Notes under the pieces: model-generated
The model's input: the letters and a program-made list of their open reading frames with translations, nothing else
Databases searched by the model: none
Told to the model about the DNA's origin: nothing
In this document: positions 47,034 through 55,920 of the stretch, one piece after another
How positions within the stretch are numbered: the stretch's first letter is position 1
Layout: each line of letters opens with the position of its first letter
Translations under genes and position numbers: made by a program
NCBI GenBank assembly: GCA_000435175.1
Contig: FR880073.1
Location: forward strand, 1,625 to 65,624
Reading direction: 5' to 3'
DNA: 64,000 bases
Source of the DNA: Clostridium sp. CAG:245
GTDB lineage: Bacteria; Bacillota; Clostridia; TANB77; CAG-508

Positions 47034-48062
47034 ATGAAGAATATAAAAGATTATGATTTACAAGATTTAAAAGATGAACTTGTAAGCATAGGAGAAAAAG
47101 GTTTTAGAGCGGAGCAAATATTTAAATGGATTTATCAAGAAAAAGTAAAAAGCTTTGATGAAATGACAAATCTTTCATTAGAATTAAGAGAAAAACTAAA
47201 ACAAAATTATACAATTTGCAATTACAATATATTAAAAAAATTAGAATCATCTGATGGAACTAAGAAATACCTATTTGATATATTAGATGGAAATGCAATT
47301 GAATCGGTTCTTATGGAATACCACTATGGAAAATCAATTTGTGTATCTTCACAAGTTGGATGCAAAATGGGCTGTAAGTTCTGTGCATCAACAGGGATTC
47401 CTTTTATAAGAAGCTTGACAGCAGGGGAAATAGTTGAGCAAATTTTAGCTGTTGAACAAGATACGGGTGATAAAATCTCTAATGTTGTATTTATGGGAAT
47501 TGGAGAACCATTAGATAATTATGATAATGTTATAAAGGCCATAAGAATATTAAATAATCCTAAAGGATTAAATATTGGAGCAAGACACATAAGTGTATCT
47601 ACAAGTGGTTTAGTACCAAGAATTTACGACTTGGCAAACGAAAATATACAATGTACATTGTCAGTTTCTTTACATGCAAGCAATGATGAAAAGCGTTCAA
47701 GCATGATGCCAGTAAACAATGCTTATAATATAAAAGAGCTTATGAAGGCATGCAGAGATTATATAGCAATTACTAATAAAAGAATATCTTTTGAATATGC
47801 ACTTGCAAAAGATAATAACGATAATTTAGAAGATGCAAAAGAATTAGTAAATTTGCTAAGAGGAATGATATGCCATGTAAATTTAATACCAATAAATAAA
47901 ATAGAAAATGGAAAATTTACAAAGAGTTCTAATGAAAATATTATAAAATTCAGAGATTATTTAAATGACCACGGAATTGTTGCTACAATTAGAAGAGAGT
48001 TAGGCTCAGATATTGATGCAGCTTGTGGACAGCTAAGAAGACAAAATTTAAAAGAGCAGTAA
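47034..48062 (+). CDS. rlmN: 23S rRNA/tRNA (adenine-C2)-methyltransferase RlmN (radical SAM)
   Basis: FRAEQIFKWIY N-terminus, radical SAM CKMGCKFCAS, GIGEPL and C-terminal DIDAACGQL. Confidence 0.93.
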   Translation: MKNIKDYDLQDLKDELVSIGEKGFRAEQIFKWIYQEKVKSFDEMTNLSLELREKLKQNYTICNYNILKKLESSDGTKKYLFDILDGNAIESVLMEYHYGKSICVSSQVGCKMGCKFCASTGIPFIRSLTAGEIVEQILAVEQDTGDKISNVVFMGIGEPLDNYDNVIKAIRILNNPKGLNIGARHISVSTSGLVPRIYDLANENIQCTLSVSLHASNDEKRSSMMPVNNAYNIKELMKACRDYIAITNKRISFEYALAKDNNDNLEDAKELVNLLRGMICHVNLIPINKIENGKFTKSSNENIIKFRDYLNDHGIVATIRRELGSDIDAACGQLRRQNLKEQ

Positions 48063-48104
48063 TCAAAAATGAATGATACTATATGAAAGACTGGAGGGGA
48101 ACAT

Positions 48105-48830
48105 ATGCAAGTTTTTGCTAAATCAGACATAGGAAGAGAAAGAAAAACAAACGAAGATTTCTACTATGTATCTAAACCAGAAGATAAAATAAGACTGTTT
48201 ATATTAGCAGATGGAATGGGCGGATATAATGCAGGAGAGGTAGCAAGTAGAATGGCTGTAGAATCTGCAAAAGATTACATACACAAGCATTTTGCAAAAA
48301 ATAAAGACAGCAAAGAAAAGCTAGAAGCACTCCTAAAAGATGCTATTGAATATGCAAATAGTGTGGTATATAAAAAAGCTCAAAGTAAAGAAGATTTAAG
48401 AGGAATGGGTACTACATTAGATGTTTGCTTAATATATAATAGTAGAATATATATAGGTCATGTTGGAGATAGCAGAGTATATAGAATACGTAAAGAGTTT
48501 ATGAGAAGACTTACAAAAGACCATAGTTATGTTCAAACATTGGTAGATGACGGAACTATAACAAAAGAAGAAGCATATAGTCATCCAAAGAAAAATATGC
48601 TTACAAAAGCCCTAGGTTGCGTGCAAACTGTAGAACCAGACGTATATACTAAAACATTTATTAAAGATGATATTATTTTAATGTGTTCAGATGGATTAAC
48701 TAATATGATTCGAGAAGAGGAAATTTCTAAAATAATTAAGCAGGATAAAGAAAAAGCTATAGAAAATTTAGTTAAACAAGCAAATGATAATGGCGGATTA
48801 GACAACATTACTGTTGTTATTATAATGTAA
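48105..48830 (+). CDS. stp: PP2C-family Ser/Thr phosphatase (Stp/PrpC)
   Basis: SDIGRERKTNED, LADGMGG, GTTL, HVGDSR, CSDGL and DNITVV motifs. Confidence 0.92.
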   Translation: MQVFAKSDIGRERKTNEDFYYVSKPEDKIRLFILADGMGGYNAGEVASRMAVESAKDYIHKHFAKNKDSKEKLEALLKDAIEYANSVVYKKAQSKEDLRGMGTTLDVCLIYNSRIYIGHVGDSRVYRIRKEFMRRLTKDHSYVQTLVDDGTITKEEAYSHPKKNMLTKALGCVQTVEPDVYTKTFIKDDIILMCSDGLTNMIREEEISKIIKQDKEKAIENLVKQANDNGGLDNITVVIIM

Positions 48831-48845
48831 TAGGGAGAAAATTTT

Positions 48846-50837
48846 ATGGATATAATAGGAAGAACAATAGCAAATAGATATGAAATTATAAGTAAAACTG
48901 GAGTTGGAGGAATGGCAACAGTATATGTTGCAAGAGACAAGGTTTTAAATAGAGATGTTGCTGTTAAAGTACTAAAAGATGAATTTACCACAGATGATGA
49001 ATTTGTAAAAAGATTTAATTCAGAGGCTCAAGCAGCGGCAAGTCTTACTCATGCTAACATAGTTTCAATATATGATGTTGGGAATGAAGACGGAATTTAT
49101 TATATAGTAATGGAATTGGTAAGAGGAAAAACTCTAAAACAAATAATAAACGAGGAAGGAGCACTTCCTTGGAAATGGTCTGTAAATATTGCAGGACAAA
49201 TTGCATCAGCCTTAGAAATGGCTCACAAAAACAACATTGTTCATAGAGATATAAAACCACACAATATAATAATTACAGAAGATGGAGTTGCAAAAGTAAC
49301 AGATTTTGGAATAGCAAAGGCAGTATCAAATTCAACAATAACAGCATTTGGAACAACTATTGGTTCTGTACACTATTTCTCACCAGAGCAAGCAAAAGGA
49401 GGATATACAGATGCTAAATCTGATATTTACTCTTTAGGTGTTGTAATGTACGAAATGCTTACAGGAAAAGTTCCTTTTGATGCAGATACATCAGTTTCTG
49501 TTGCATTAAAACACATGCAAGAGGATCCTGTACCACCAATGGAAATAAATCCAAACATCCCAAAGGCGGTAAATGATATAATTTTAAAAGCTATGCAAAA
49601 AGAGCCAATGGCTAGATATCAAACTGCAACAGCCATGCTAAGAGATTTAGCACAAGCCTTAAAAAATCCAGATGGAGAATTTGTTGAGAAAGAAGATTTA
49701 GACGATGGCTTAACAAGAAGAATGGATGCTATTACAGATGATATGGCGAAAAATGCTAAGAGTAGCAACAAAAAGAAGAAAAATAAAGTTGCCATATTCT
49801 TTGAAAACCATCCAAAGACAAGAGTTTTAGCAATAATAGCACTTTGCTTAATAATATTTGCAGGAAGTATAGCAATAACATCTGCAATATTAAATGCAAA
49901 TTCAGTAAAAGATGTTCAAATTCCAAACTTAGTTGGAAGGACTGAGGCAGAAGCAAAGGCAGAACTTGCAAAATACAAACTTGTATACGAAAAATCAGGA
50001 GAAGATTATAATTCTGAGGTAGAAGCTGGAAAAGTTTTTGAACAAAATCCTGTATATTCAGACAATTACAAAGTAAAAGAAAAGAGCACAGTATCTGTAA
50101 AAATAAGCAAAGGCACAGAGCAGACTACAGTTCCAAAGGTTGCTGGTATGACATATGAAGGAGCAGTTGCTGCATTAGAAAAGAATAAATTAAAAGCAGA
50201 AAAAATAGAAGAAACAAGTAAAACAATAAAAGAAGGAATTGTAATTAGCCAAGAAACAGATGCAAACACAACAGCAAATGCTGGAGATACAGTAAAAATA
50301 CATGTAAGCATCGGAACAGGTGTAAACCAAGTAGTAATGCCAAATGTATTAGGAAAAACAGAAGCAGATGCAAAATCAGCATTAGAAGCCAAAAACTTAG
50401 TAGTAAAGGTAGAATACAAAGAAAACACAGACAAAGAAAATGGAGAAGTATTAGAGCAAAGCATAAAATCTGGTGAAAACATAGACGAAGGAACAGAAGT
50501 AACAATTACAGTAAACAAATTAGCAGAAATGAAAGAAGCAACAATAACAATAAACGTAAAATCGCTTACAGGTGGTTACGAGGTACCAGATAAAGAAAAC
50601 ACAAACACAACAAATACAACAGGTTCATCAAGTTCGACAACAGTAAAGGAAAAGAAACTTACAGTAAAAGTTGGAGAAGACAAAGTATATGACAAGAAAG
50701 TAGACTTAAATTCAACAAATATTCAAACAAAAATAAGTGGAAAAGGCACAGTAACAGTAAAAGTATATGTAGATGACATATTAAAATCACAAAAAGACAT
50801 AAACCTAAACACAACAAGTTCATATACATTTGAATAA
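48846..50837 (+). CDS. prkC: Ser/Thr kinase PrkC/PknB with extracellular PASTA repeats
   Basis: Kinase motifs GVGGMATVY, VAVK, HRDIKPHN, DFG and SPEQ. One TM, then three PASTA-like repeats (VQIPNLVGRTEAEA, TTVPKVAGMTYEGA, VVMPNVLGKTEADA). Confidence 0.93.
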   Translation: MDIIGRTIANRYEIISKTGVGGMATVYVARDKVLNRDVAVKVLKDEFTTDDEFVKRFNSEAQAAASLTHANIVSIYDVGNEDGIYYIVMELVRGKTLKQIINEEGALPWKWSVNIAGQIASALEMAHKNNIVHRDIKPHNIIITEDGVAKVTDFGIAKAVSNSTITAFGTTIGSVHYFSPEQAKGGYTDAKSDIYSLGVVMYEMLTGKVPFDADTSVSVALKHMQEDPVPPMEINPNIPKAVNDIILKAMQKEPMARYQTATAMLRDLAQALKNPDGEFVEKEDLDDGLTRRMDAITDDMAKNAKSSNKKKKNKVAIFFENHPKTRVLAIIALCLIIFAGSIAITSAILNANSVKDVQIPNLVGRTEAEAKAELAKYKLVYEKSGEDYNSEVEAGKVFEQNPVYSDNYKVKEKSTVSVKISKGTEQTTVPKVAGMTYEGAVAALEKNKLKAEKIEETSKTIKEGIVISQETDANTTANAGDTVKIHVSIGTGVNQVVMPNVLGKTEADAKSALEAKNLVVKVEYKENTDKENGEVLEQSIKSGENIDEGTEVTITVNKLAEMKEATITINVKSLTGGYEVPDKENTNTTNTTGSSSSTTVKEKKLTVKVGEDKVYDKKVDLNSTNIQTKISGKGTVTVKVYVDDILKSQKDINLNTTSSYTFE

Positions 50838-50845
50838 AGTACAAA

Positions 50846-50868
50846 TTGGGGACGGAGCAAAAAATGCA
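50846..50868 (+). repeat. Left copy of an imperfect ~22-nt direct repeat flanking the lipoprotein cassette
   Basis: TTGGGGACGGAGCAAAAAATGCA here versus TTGGGGACGGAGTAAAAATGTA at 51660-51681. The left copy lies within the hairpin after prkC. Confidence 0.7.
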
Positions 50869-50907
50869 CGTCTCCAATTTGCAAAATACAGGAGTAGTCA
50901 TATAAAC

Positions 50908-50936
50908 TTGACATAATTATAAGAAAAAGCTATAAT
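50908..50936 (+). promoter_or_regulatory. Consensus sigma-A promoter of the lipoprotein cassette
   Basis: TTGACA - 17 nt - TATAAT exactly. Hairpin aaaacgt/acgtttt lies just downstream. Confidence 0.6.
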
Positions 50937-51064
50937 ATATATAGTAAAAACGTTAAATACGTTTTTTTGCAATATAATTCCTTTCGCAATGCATCCTAAT
51001 GGGTGTTTTATATAAACGTACGAATTCACAATATTGGAACAACAAGAAAGGAAAGAAAATTCCC

Positions 51065-51517
51065 ATGAAAAGTAGTTTTAGAAAAATGTTCGGTATGATC
51101 GTTATTTGTGCCATTCTGTTGGTCGCTTGTGGCCGGAAGGATCCGTTAAATCGGCAAGCTGCTTACTTCACGATCACAGAAGGAAGTAGTGGAGAGGTCT
51201 ATGGTGTGAGAGAAACTTATCGTGCAAATACAACGGTTACTCGCAACCAGTTCCTGGACCAGGACGAAGATGTGGTCAAAGCATTAAAAGACTACATTGA
51301 AAATAGACTCCCGAAAGAAAAAGTAGGTATCCTTTTATATGAGGAGATGCCTCAGGAAGATGGCTATGAGTTAACAGTATTTTATCAGAGTTTGGTGGCT
51401 AAGGAACATGACAAAGACATTGATTGCGACATTGACAAGTGTTATTGTTTAACAATATCGGTAAACGAAAATGAAAATGTGGAAATTTTCAAGCTGTTGT
51501 CTTTGGCAGCGAAGTAA
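51065..51517 (+). CDS. Lipoprotein (hypothetical), G+C-richer than its surroundings
   Basis: MKSSFRKMFGMIVICAILLVAC has a lipobox (LVAC) and follows SD AAAGGAAAG. Codon usage and G+C are visibly different from neighbouring genes. Confidence 0.65.
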   Translation: MKSSFRKMFGMIVICAILLVACGRKDPLNRQAAYFTITEGSSGEVYGVRETYRANTTVTRNQFLDQDEDVVKALKDYIENRLPKEKVGILLYEEMPQEDGYELTVFYQSLVAKEHDKDIDCDIDKCYCLTISVNENENVEIFKLLSLAAK

Positions 51518-51605
51518 TGAGCTAACGTAAGTTAGACTTGTGCGAAAGGTCAGAACAAAGCCTGTTATTGTGAGAACACTACAGTAAATAGGCAAAGTAA
51601 AGAAA

Positions 51606-51648
51606 GGTTAACTGGGATTCTTTGATTAAGAGTCCTAGTTGACCTTTT
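51606..51648 (+). terminator. Rho-independent terminator of the lipoprotein cassette
   Basis: 17-bp stem ggttaactgggattctt / aagagtcctagttgacc followed by TTTT. Confidence 0.75.
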
Positions 51649-51659
51649 ATATGTACATT

Positions 51660-51681
51660 TTGGGGACGGAGTAAAAATGTA
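51660..51681 (+). repeat. Right copy of the direct repeat flanking the lipoprotein cassette
   Basis: TTGGGGACGGAGTAAAAATGTA. The first 12 nt are identical to the left copy. Confidence 0.7.
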
Positions 51682-51712
51682 TATTTATATAAAAAATACA
51701 GTGAAATTTTCA

Positions 51713-51741
51713 TTGTAAAAAAACTGCAAATTTGGTATAAT
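51713..51741 (+). promoter_or_regulatory. Sigma-A-type promoter (extended -10) of the DUF6922/AbiEii pair
   Basis: TTGTAA - 17 nt (ending TGg) - TATAAT. Confidence 0.5.
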
Positions 51742-51770
51742 ATAGATGTAAGTTAAATTTGGAGGAAAAA

Positions 51771-52067
51771 ATGCCAGAAGAATTGAAAAAATATTTTTGG
51801 GACACTGATTTTCAAAAGTTAGATATAGAAAAGAATAAGAGATATATAATTGCAAGACTATATTGTTATGGTGATCTAAGAGCGATAAAATGGGTAAAAG
51901 AAACATATAGTAAAGTCGATATAGAAGATACGGCAAGAAACTGTAGAAATTTAAAGCCGATTGTTGCTAATTACCTTAGACAACAGTATAACTTAAAAAA
52001 GGAAGAGATGGCTTATTATAGAGCTATTATGGCAATGAATTATGATTTTTGGAGAGGAAATTGCTAG
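51771..52067 (+). CDS. DUF6922-like small protein (putative antitoxin/partner of the AbiEii-like NTase)
   Basis: 98 aa with SD GGAGG. KKYFWDTDFQKLDIEKNKRYIIARLYCYGDLRAIKWVKETY matches the pattern I associate with DUF6922. Its stop is 1 nt before the next ATG. Confidence 0.55.
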   Translation: MPEELKKYFWDTDFQKLDIEKNKRYIIARLYCYGDLRAIKWVKETYSKVDIEDTARNCRNLKPIVANYLRQQYNLKKEEMAYYRAIMAMNYDFWRGNC

Positions 52068-52068
52068 A

Positions 52069-52716
52069 ATGTATTGGAGTATATTAGATAATAAAAGAAT
52101 TGAATTATTAAGAAAAATTGTAAAAACTATAAGTTTAAATAATTATTATATGGTAGGAGGAACAGCATTATCTTTACAATTAAATTTAAGAGAATCATTT
52201 GACTTTGATTTCTGCGTTCCTGACATGTTTAATAGTGATGTATTGATTAGCGAATTAAAAAGTATTGGAAATACTGAAGTAAAGCAAAATCAAAAAGGAA
52301 CTATTGACGTTTTACTAGATGGAGTGCAGGTTAGTTTCTTCTTTTATCAAAACAATTTGGTAGAAAATATCGTGAAGAATGATGAAATACCTAATTTGAG
52401 AATGGCTAGTATTTTAGACATAGCGGCAATGAAAGTAGCCGCTATAGGTGGAAGAGGAGCTAAAAAGGATTTTTTTGATTTATATAATATAATGAAAAAA
52501 TGTAATATTGATACAGAAAAATTAGCTAGTGCTGTAATAAAGAAATTTGGAACAAACGTAAATTATGTGAATATGATTATGGGATTAAGCTATTTTGAAG
52601 ATGCAGAAAGTGAAGAATTACCTAAAACATTTGTAGAATATGATTGGAACACTATAAAGAAATACTTTATAGATATTCAACCTAAATTTCAAATGGCATT
52701 AGAAAAATATTTGTAG
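52069..52716 (+). CDS. Nucleotidyltransferase, AbiEii/AbiGii toxin family-like
   Basis: Pol-beta NTase signature GGTALSLQLNLRESFDFDF. Downstream DIAAMKVAAIGGRGAKKDFFDLY is typical of AbiEii/DUF1814 proteins. Confidence 0.65.
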   Translation: MYWSILDNKRIELLRKIVKTISLNNYYMVGGTALSLQLNLRESFDFDFCVPDMFNSDVLISELKSIGNTEVKQNQKGTIDVLLDGVQVSFFFYQNNLVENIVKNDEIPNLRMASILDIAAMKVAAIGGRGAKKDFFDLYNIMKKCNIDTEKLASAVIKKFGTNVNYVNMIMGLSYFEDAESEELPKTFVEYDWNTIKKYFIDIQPKFQMALEKYL

Positions 52717-52726
52717 GAAGGCATAA

Positions 52727-53608
52727 ATGCAAGGATTAATTGTAGAAAATAAAGCAAATTTATATAAAATAAAATTAGGAGATATCAACTATATTGCTAC
52801 TGCTAGGGGAAAGTTTAAGAATGATAGCTTTACTCCTGTAGTAGGAGATATAGCTGAATTTTCTATTGTTGATGAAAACAAAAAAACGGCTGTAATTGAA
52901 AGTGTGAAAGAAAGAGTGTCATACATAAAAAGACCGAAGCTTGCTAATATAAATCAAATTGTCTTTGTGGTGTCTAGCAAGCATCCAAAGCCAGATTTGT
53001 TGTTATTAGATAAACAGCTTGCTTTTGCAGAGTTTTTACACATAAAGCCTGTAATAGTTCTAAACAAAATTGATTTAGATGATAAACATGAATTTTTAAA
53101 TATTCAGAAAATATATGAAGAAATAGGCTATAAAGTAATACAAACTGATGCAAAAAATGGCATTGGAGTTGAAGAAATTTTATTAGAATTAAAGAATAAC
53201 ATCAGTGCATTTGCTGGAAATTCTGGAGTTGGAAAGTCAACTCTTATAAACGACTTGTTCAAAGAAAACGTAACTCAAGAGGGAGAAATTAGCCAGAAGA
53301 ATAAGCGTGGAAAAAATACCACAACAGATATTTGTTTATATGAGCTTGATACAGATACATATATAGCAGATACACCTGGTTTTTCGACATTTGACGTGTA
53401 TGAAATTCCATATAGAGAATTAGATAAATATTTTAGAGAGTTCAAAAATTGTATTGATAAATGCAGATATATAGGCTGTAGCCACATTAAAGAAGATGAG
53501 TGTGGAATAAAGCTAGAACTTGAACAAGGAAAAATAGCAAAGTCTAGATATGATAATTACGTAAAAATATATAGCGAATTAAAAGACAAGGAGGAACACA
53601 AATGGTAG
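52727..53608 (+). CDS. rsgA: Ribosome small-subunit-dependent GTPase RsgA (CpgA/YloQ)
   Basis: OB-fold N-terminus, circularly permuted GTPase motifs NKIDL...GNSGVGKSTLIN...DTPGF, and a Cys/His zinc cluster CRYIGCSHIKEDEC. Confidence 0.92.
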   Translation: MQGLIVENKANLYKIKLGDINYIATARGKFKNDSFTPVVGDIAEFSIVDENKKTAVIESVKERVSYIKRPKLANINQIVFVVSSKHPKPDLLLLDKQLAFAEFLHIKPVIVLNKIDLDDKHEFLNIQKIYEEIGYKVIQTDAKNGIGVEEILLELKNNISAFAGNSGVGKSTLINDLFKENVTQEGEISQKNKRGKNTTTDICLYELDTDTYIADTPGFSTFDVYEIPYRELDKYFREFKNCIDKCRYIGCSHIKEDECGIKLELEQGKIAKSRYDNYVKIYSELKDKEEHKW

Positions 53609-54258
53609 ATATTTCAACATCTCTATTGAGTGTAAAAAAAGAAAAAATAATAGATACTGTTTATAAGTTAGAAGATGCAAACACAAATTATTTTCATATA
53701 GATGTTATGGATGGCGAGTTTGTAGAAAATGATACACATGATATAATGCTAGAATATTGCGAATATTTGGACAATATTACAAAAATTCCACTAGATATTC
53801 ATTTAATGGTAAAAGACGTAAAAAACTTTGTTGATAGTTACTTGATATTTAATCCAAACATAATTACATTTCATTATGAAGCTTGTAAAAATAAAGAAGA
53901 AGTAATGAATTTGATAAATTATATTAAAGAAAAGGGAAGAAGAGTAGGAATTTCTGTAAAGCCGGAGACTGATGTGAAAGAAATTCTAGAATTTTTACCA
54001 TATGTGCACGTAGTTTTAGTTATGACTGTTGAGCCAGGGAAAGGTGGACAAGAATTAATTTCTTCAACTATAGAAAAAATAAAAGAGCTTAATTCTTACA
54101 GAGAAGAACACAAATTAGATTATGAAATTGAAGCAGATGGTGGAATTAAAGTGGAAAACTCAAAAAAAATAATAGATGCTGGAGCAGATATATTAGTGGC
54201 TGGAACAGCTATAATAAATTCAAAAGATTATGCAGAAACAATAAAAAAATTAAAATAA
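53602..54258 (+). CDS. rpe: Ribulose-phosphate 3-epimerase
   Basis: SLLS...FHIDVMDG.FV, DIHLMV, MTVEPGKGGQ and DGGI motifs. Confidence 0.92.
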   Translation: MVDISTSLLSVKKEKIIDTVYKLEDANTNYFHIDVMDGEFVENDTHDIMLEYCEYLDNITKIPLDIHLMVKDVKNFVDSYLIFNPNIITFHYEACKNKEEVMNLINYIKEKGRRVGISVKPETDVKEILEFLPYVHVVLVMTVEPGKGGQELISSTIEKIKELNSYREEHKLDYEIEADGGIKVENSKKIIDAGADILVAGTAIINSKDYAETIKKLK

Positions 54259-54265
54259 AAATAAA

Positions 54266-54297
54266 CCTCTGATTAATTGAAATCAGAGGAATTTTTT
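54266..54297. terminator. Bidirectional terminator between rpe and the permease gene
   Basis: 9-bp stem cctctgatt / aatcagagg, flanked by an A-run and a T-run. Confidence 0.7.
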
Positions 54298-54314
54298 ATA
54301 TTGAGCCAGTTTAA

Positions 54315-55817
54315 TTACATTGGCATTATTAAATTTGCCAAAGGATATCCAATAAATGATGCAACTAAAATAATTACAAACATCATTAAGAATCCGTATT
54401 TTAATAAACTTGTTGAATCAGACCAACCTGATGAACCAGCTACTGCAACGTAAGGCATTGCAGGTGGAGCAGCAGAACCTGTTGAAGCAATTAAACCAAT
54501 AACAGCTGTAATAGCTGCGGCATTTAATGCACCACCAGATGCTAGTGCTACTGGAACAGCAAGTGTTGGAACTAATTGTGCTGTAACCATGTGAGAAGAT
54601 ACGTTTGATTGTAATCCAGCCCACAATGAGAATAACAAAATTAGTAATACTGGTGATAAGCCAGTTGTAATTGGTGCAATAGATGCAGACAAGAATGTTG
54701 TAAGCCCTATTGCTTTATTTGTCATTGCAGCACCTAAAGCAAGTGTTGCAGATGCCATTATTATACTTGGCCAAGATACACCTTTTACCATAGATTCGTT
54801 AATATTTATTAATGGTTTTCCTTGGTATTTCAAAATAGATAAAACTATTATTCCAAATAGTGGAGGCATAGCTGTACCTAAACTGCTAATCCAAGTAAAT
54901 GCTGTTGAAATCCATTTTACTGAACTTGTTTTTAATAAGCTTGGTAGAACCCATAATGCAACTACTAAAAGGAATGTTCCAAGAATAATTTTTTCACCTT
55001 GGTTTGCACTAGGAATTTCTTTTTTCATCTTATCAAATTCATTAGATTTTAGGTTTATTTTCTTTGTATTTGGTCTCATTAAGAATTTGAATACAAGCAT
55101 CATTAATGCAAATATTATAATTCCTGTTGGAATTGCATAAAGCATGTATTGACCATAGCTTATGCTAGATCCTGTTAGAGATTTGAATACTCCCATTGAA
55201 AGAACAGGGAATACGTGTGCTATTGGTGTCATACCAGAAGATAAGCTTGTACAGAATACTAAGCCCATCATAAGCATGTTTGCGTATTTATCACCTTTTT
55301 TTAGTCCTAATACATTATAAATTTCTTCAAGAATAGGTAATATTATAAAGTATAAAACTGTTGGAGACATGAATAACCCAATTACAAGAACTGCTGCAAA
55401 AAAGCAGAAGGCAAATCTCCAAGGTGTTTTTCTTGCAAATTTACTAGTTACAAATCCAAGAGCAATTTTCTTAACATATCCTGTCTGAGAAAATGCATAT
55501 GTGAACATGAATGTAAATAGTAAGAATGCGAAAGTCTCGTTACCAAACGAATTTTGCAATGTCGTTTTCATTCCAAGTGATGGAACAAGAGCAAGCGTTG
55601 CTAAACATAATAAACTTGGCCAGCCTATTCCAACTGTTATCCATAAGAATAAAACAGATATGAATACGCCAAGAACTTTCATACCATCGGTGCTAAGACC
55701 TGATGGAGGTGTTGCTATAAAAAATATAGCAATGATAATTAATGCAAAAAGAGTGCAAACAAACTCTTTTTCATTTTTAGTCATTAAAGGCTTTTTTTCC
55801 TTTTTTGTTTTTTCCAT
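54315..55817 (-). CDS. Anion permease (DASS/SLC13- or ArsB/NhaD-type transporter)
   Basis: 500 aa with about 12-14 TM segments in a two-halves layout typical of divalent anion:Na+ symporter-like permeases. Family-level call only. Confidence 0.6.
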   Translation of the reverse strand: MEKTKKEKKPLMTKNEKEFVCTLFALIIIAIFFIATPPSGLSTDGMKVLGVFISVLFLWITVGIGWPSLLCLATLALVPSLGMKTTLQNSFGNETFAFLLFTFMFTYAFSQTGYVKKIALGFVTSKFARKTPWRFAFCFFAAVLVIGLFMSPTVLYFIILPILEEIYNVLGLKKGDKYANMLMMGLVFCTSLSSGMTPIAHVFPVLSMGVFKSLTGSSISYGQYMLYAIPTGIIIFALMMLVFKFLMRPNTKKINLKSNEFDKMKKEIPSANQGEKIILGTFLLVVALWVLPSLLKTSSVKWISTAFTWISSLGTAMPPLFGIIVLSILKYQGKPLININESMVKGVSWPSIIMASATLALGAAMTNKAIGLTTFLSASIAPITTGLSPVLLILLFSLWAGLQSNVSSHMVTAQLVPTLAVPVALASGGALNAAAITAVIGLIASTGSAAPPAMPYVAVAGSSGWSDSTSLLKYGFLMMFVIILVASFIGYPLANLIMPM

Positions 55818-55920
55818 ATTTTAGTCCTTTTTCATAAGATTTAGGCCTTTAAGGGAAAGCCTATAAAACCATAGGCTCAATATAAAAATTTATTTTAAGT
55901 AAAAATAATTACATTAAAAT

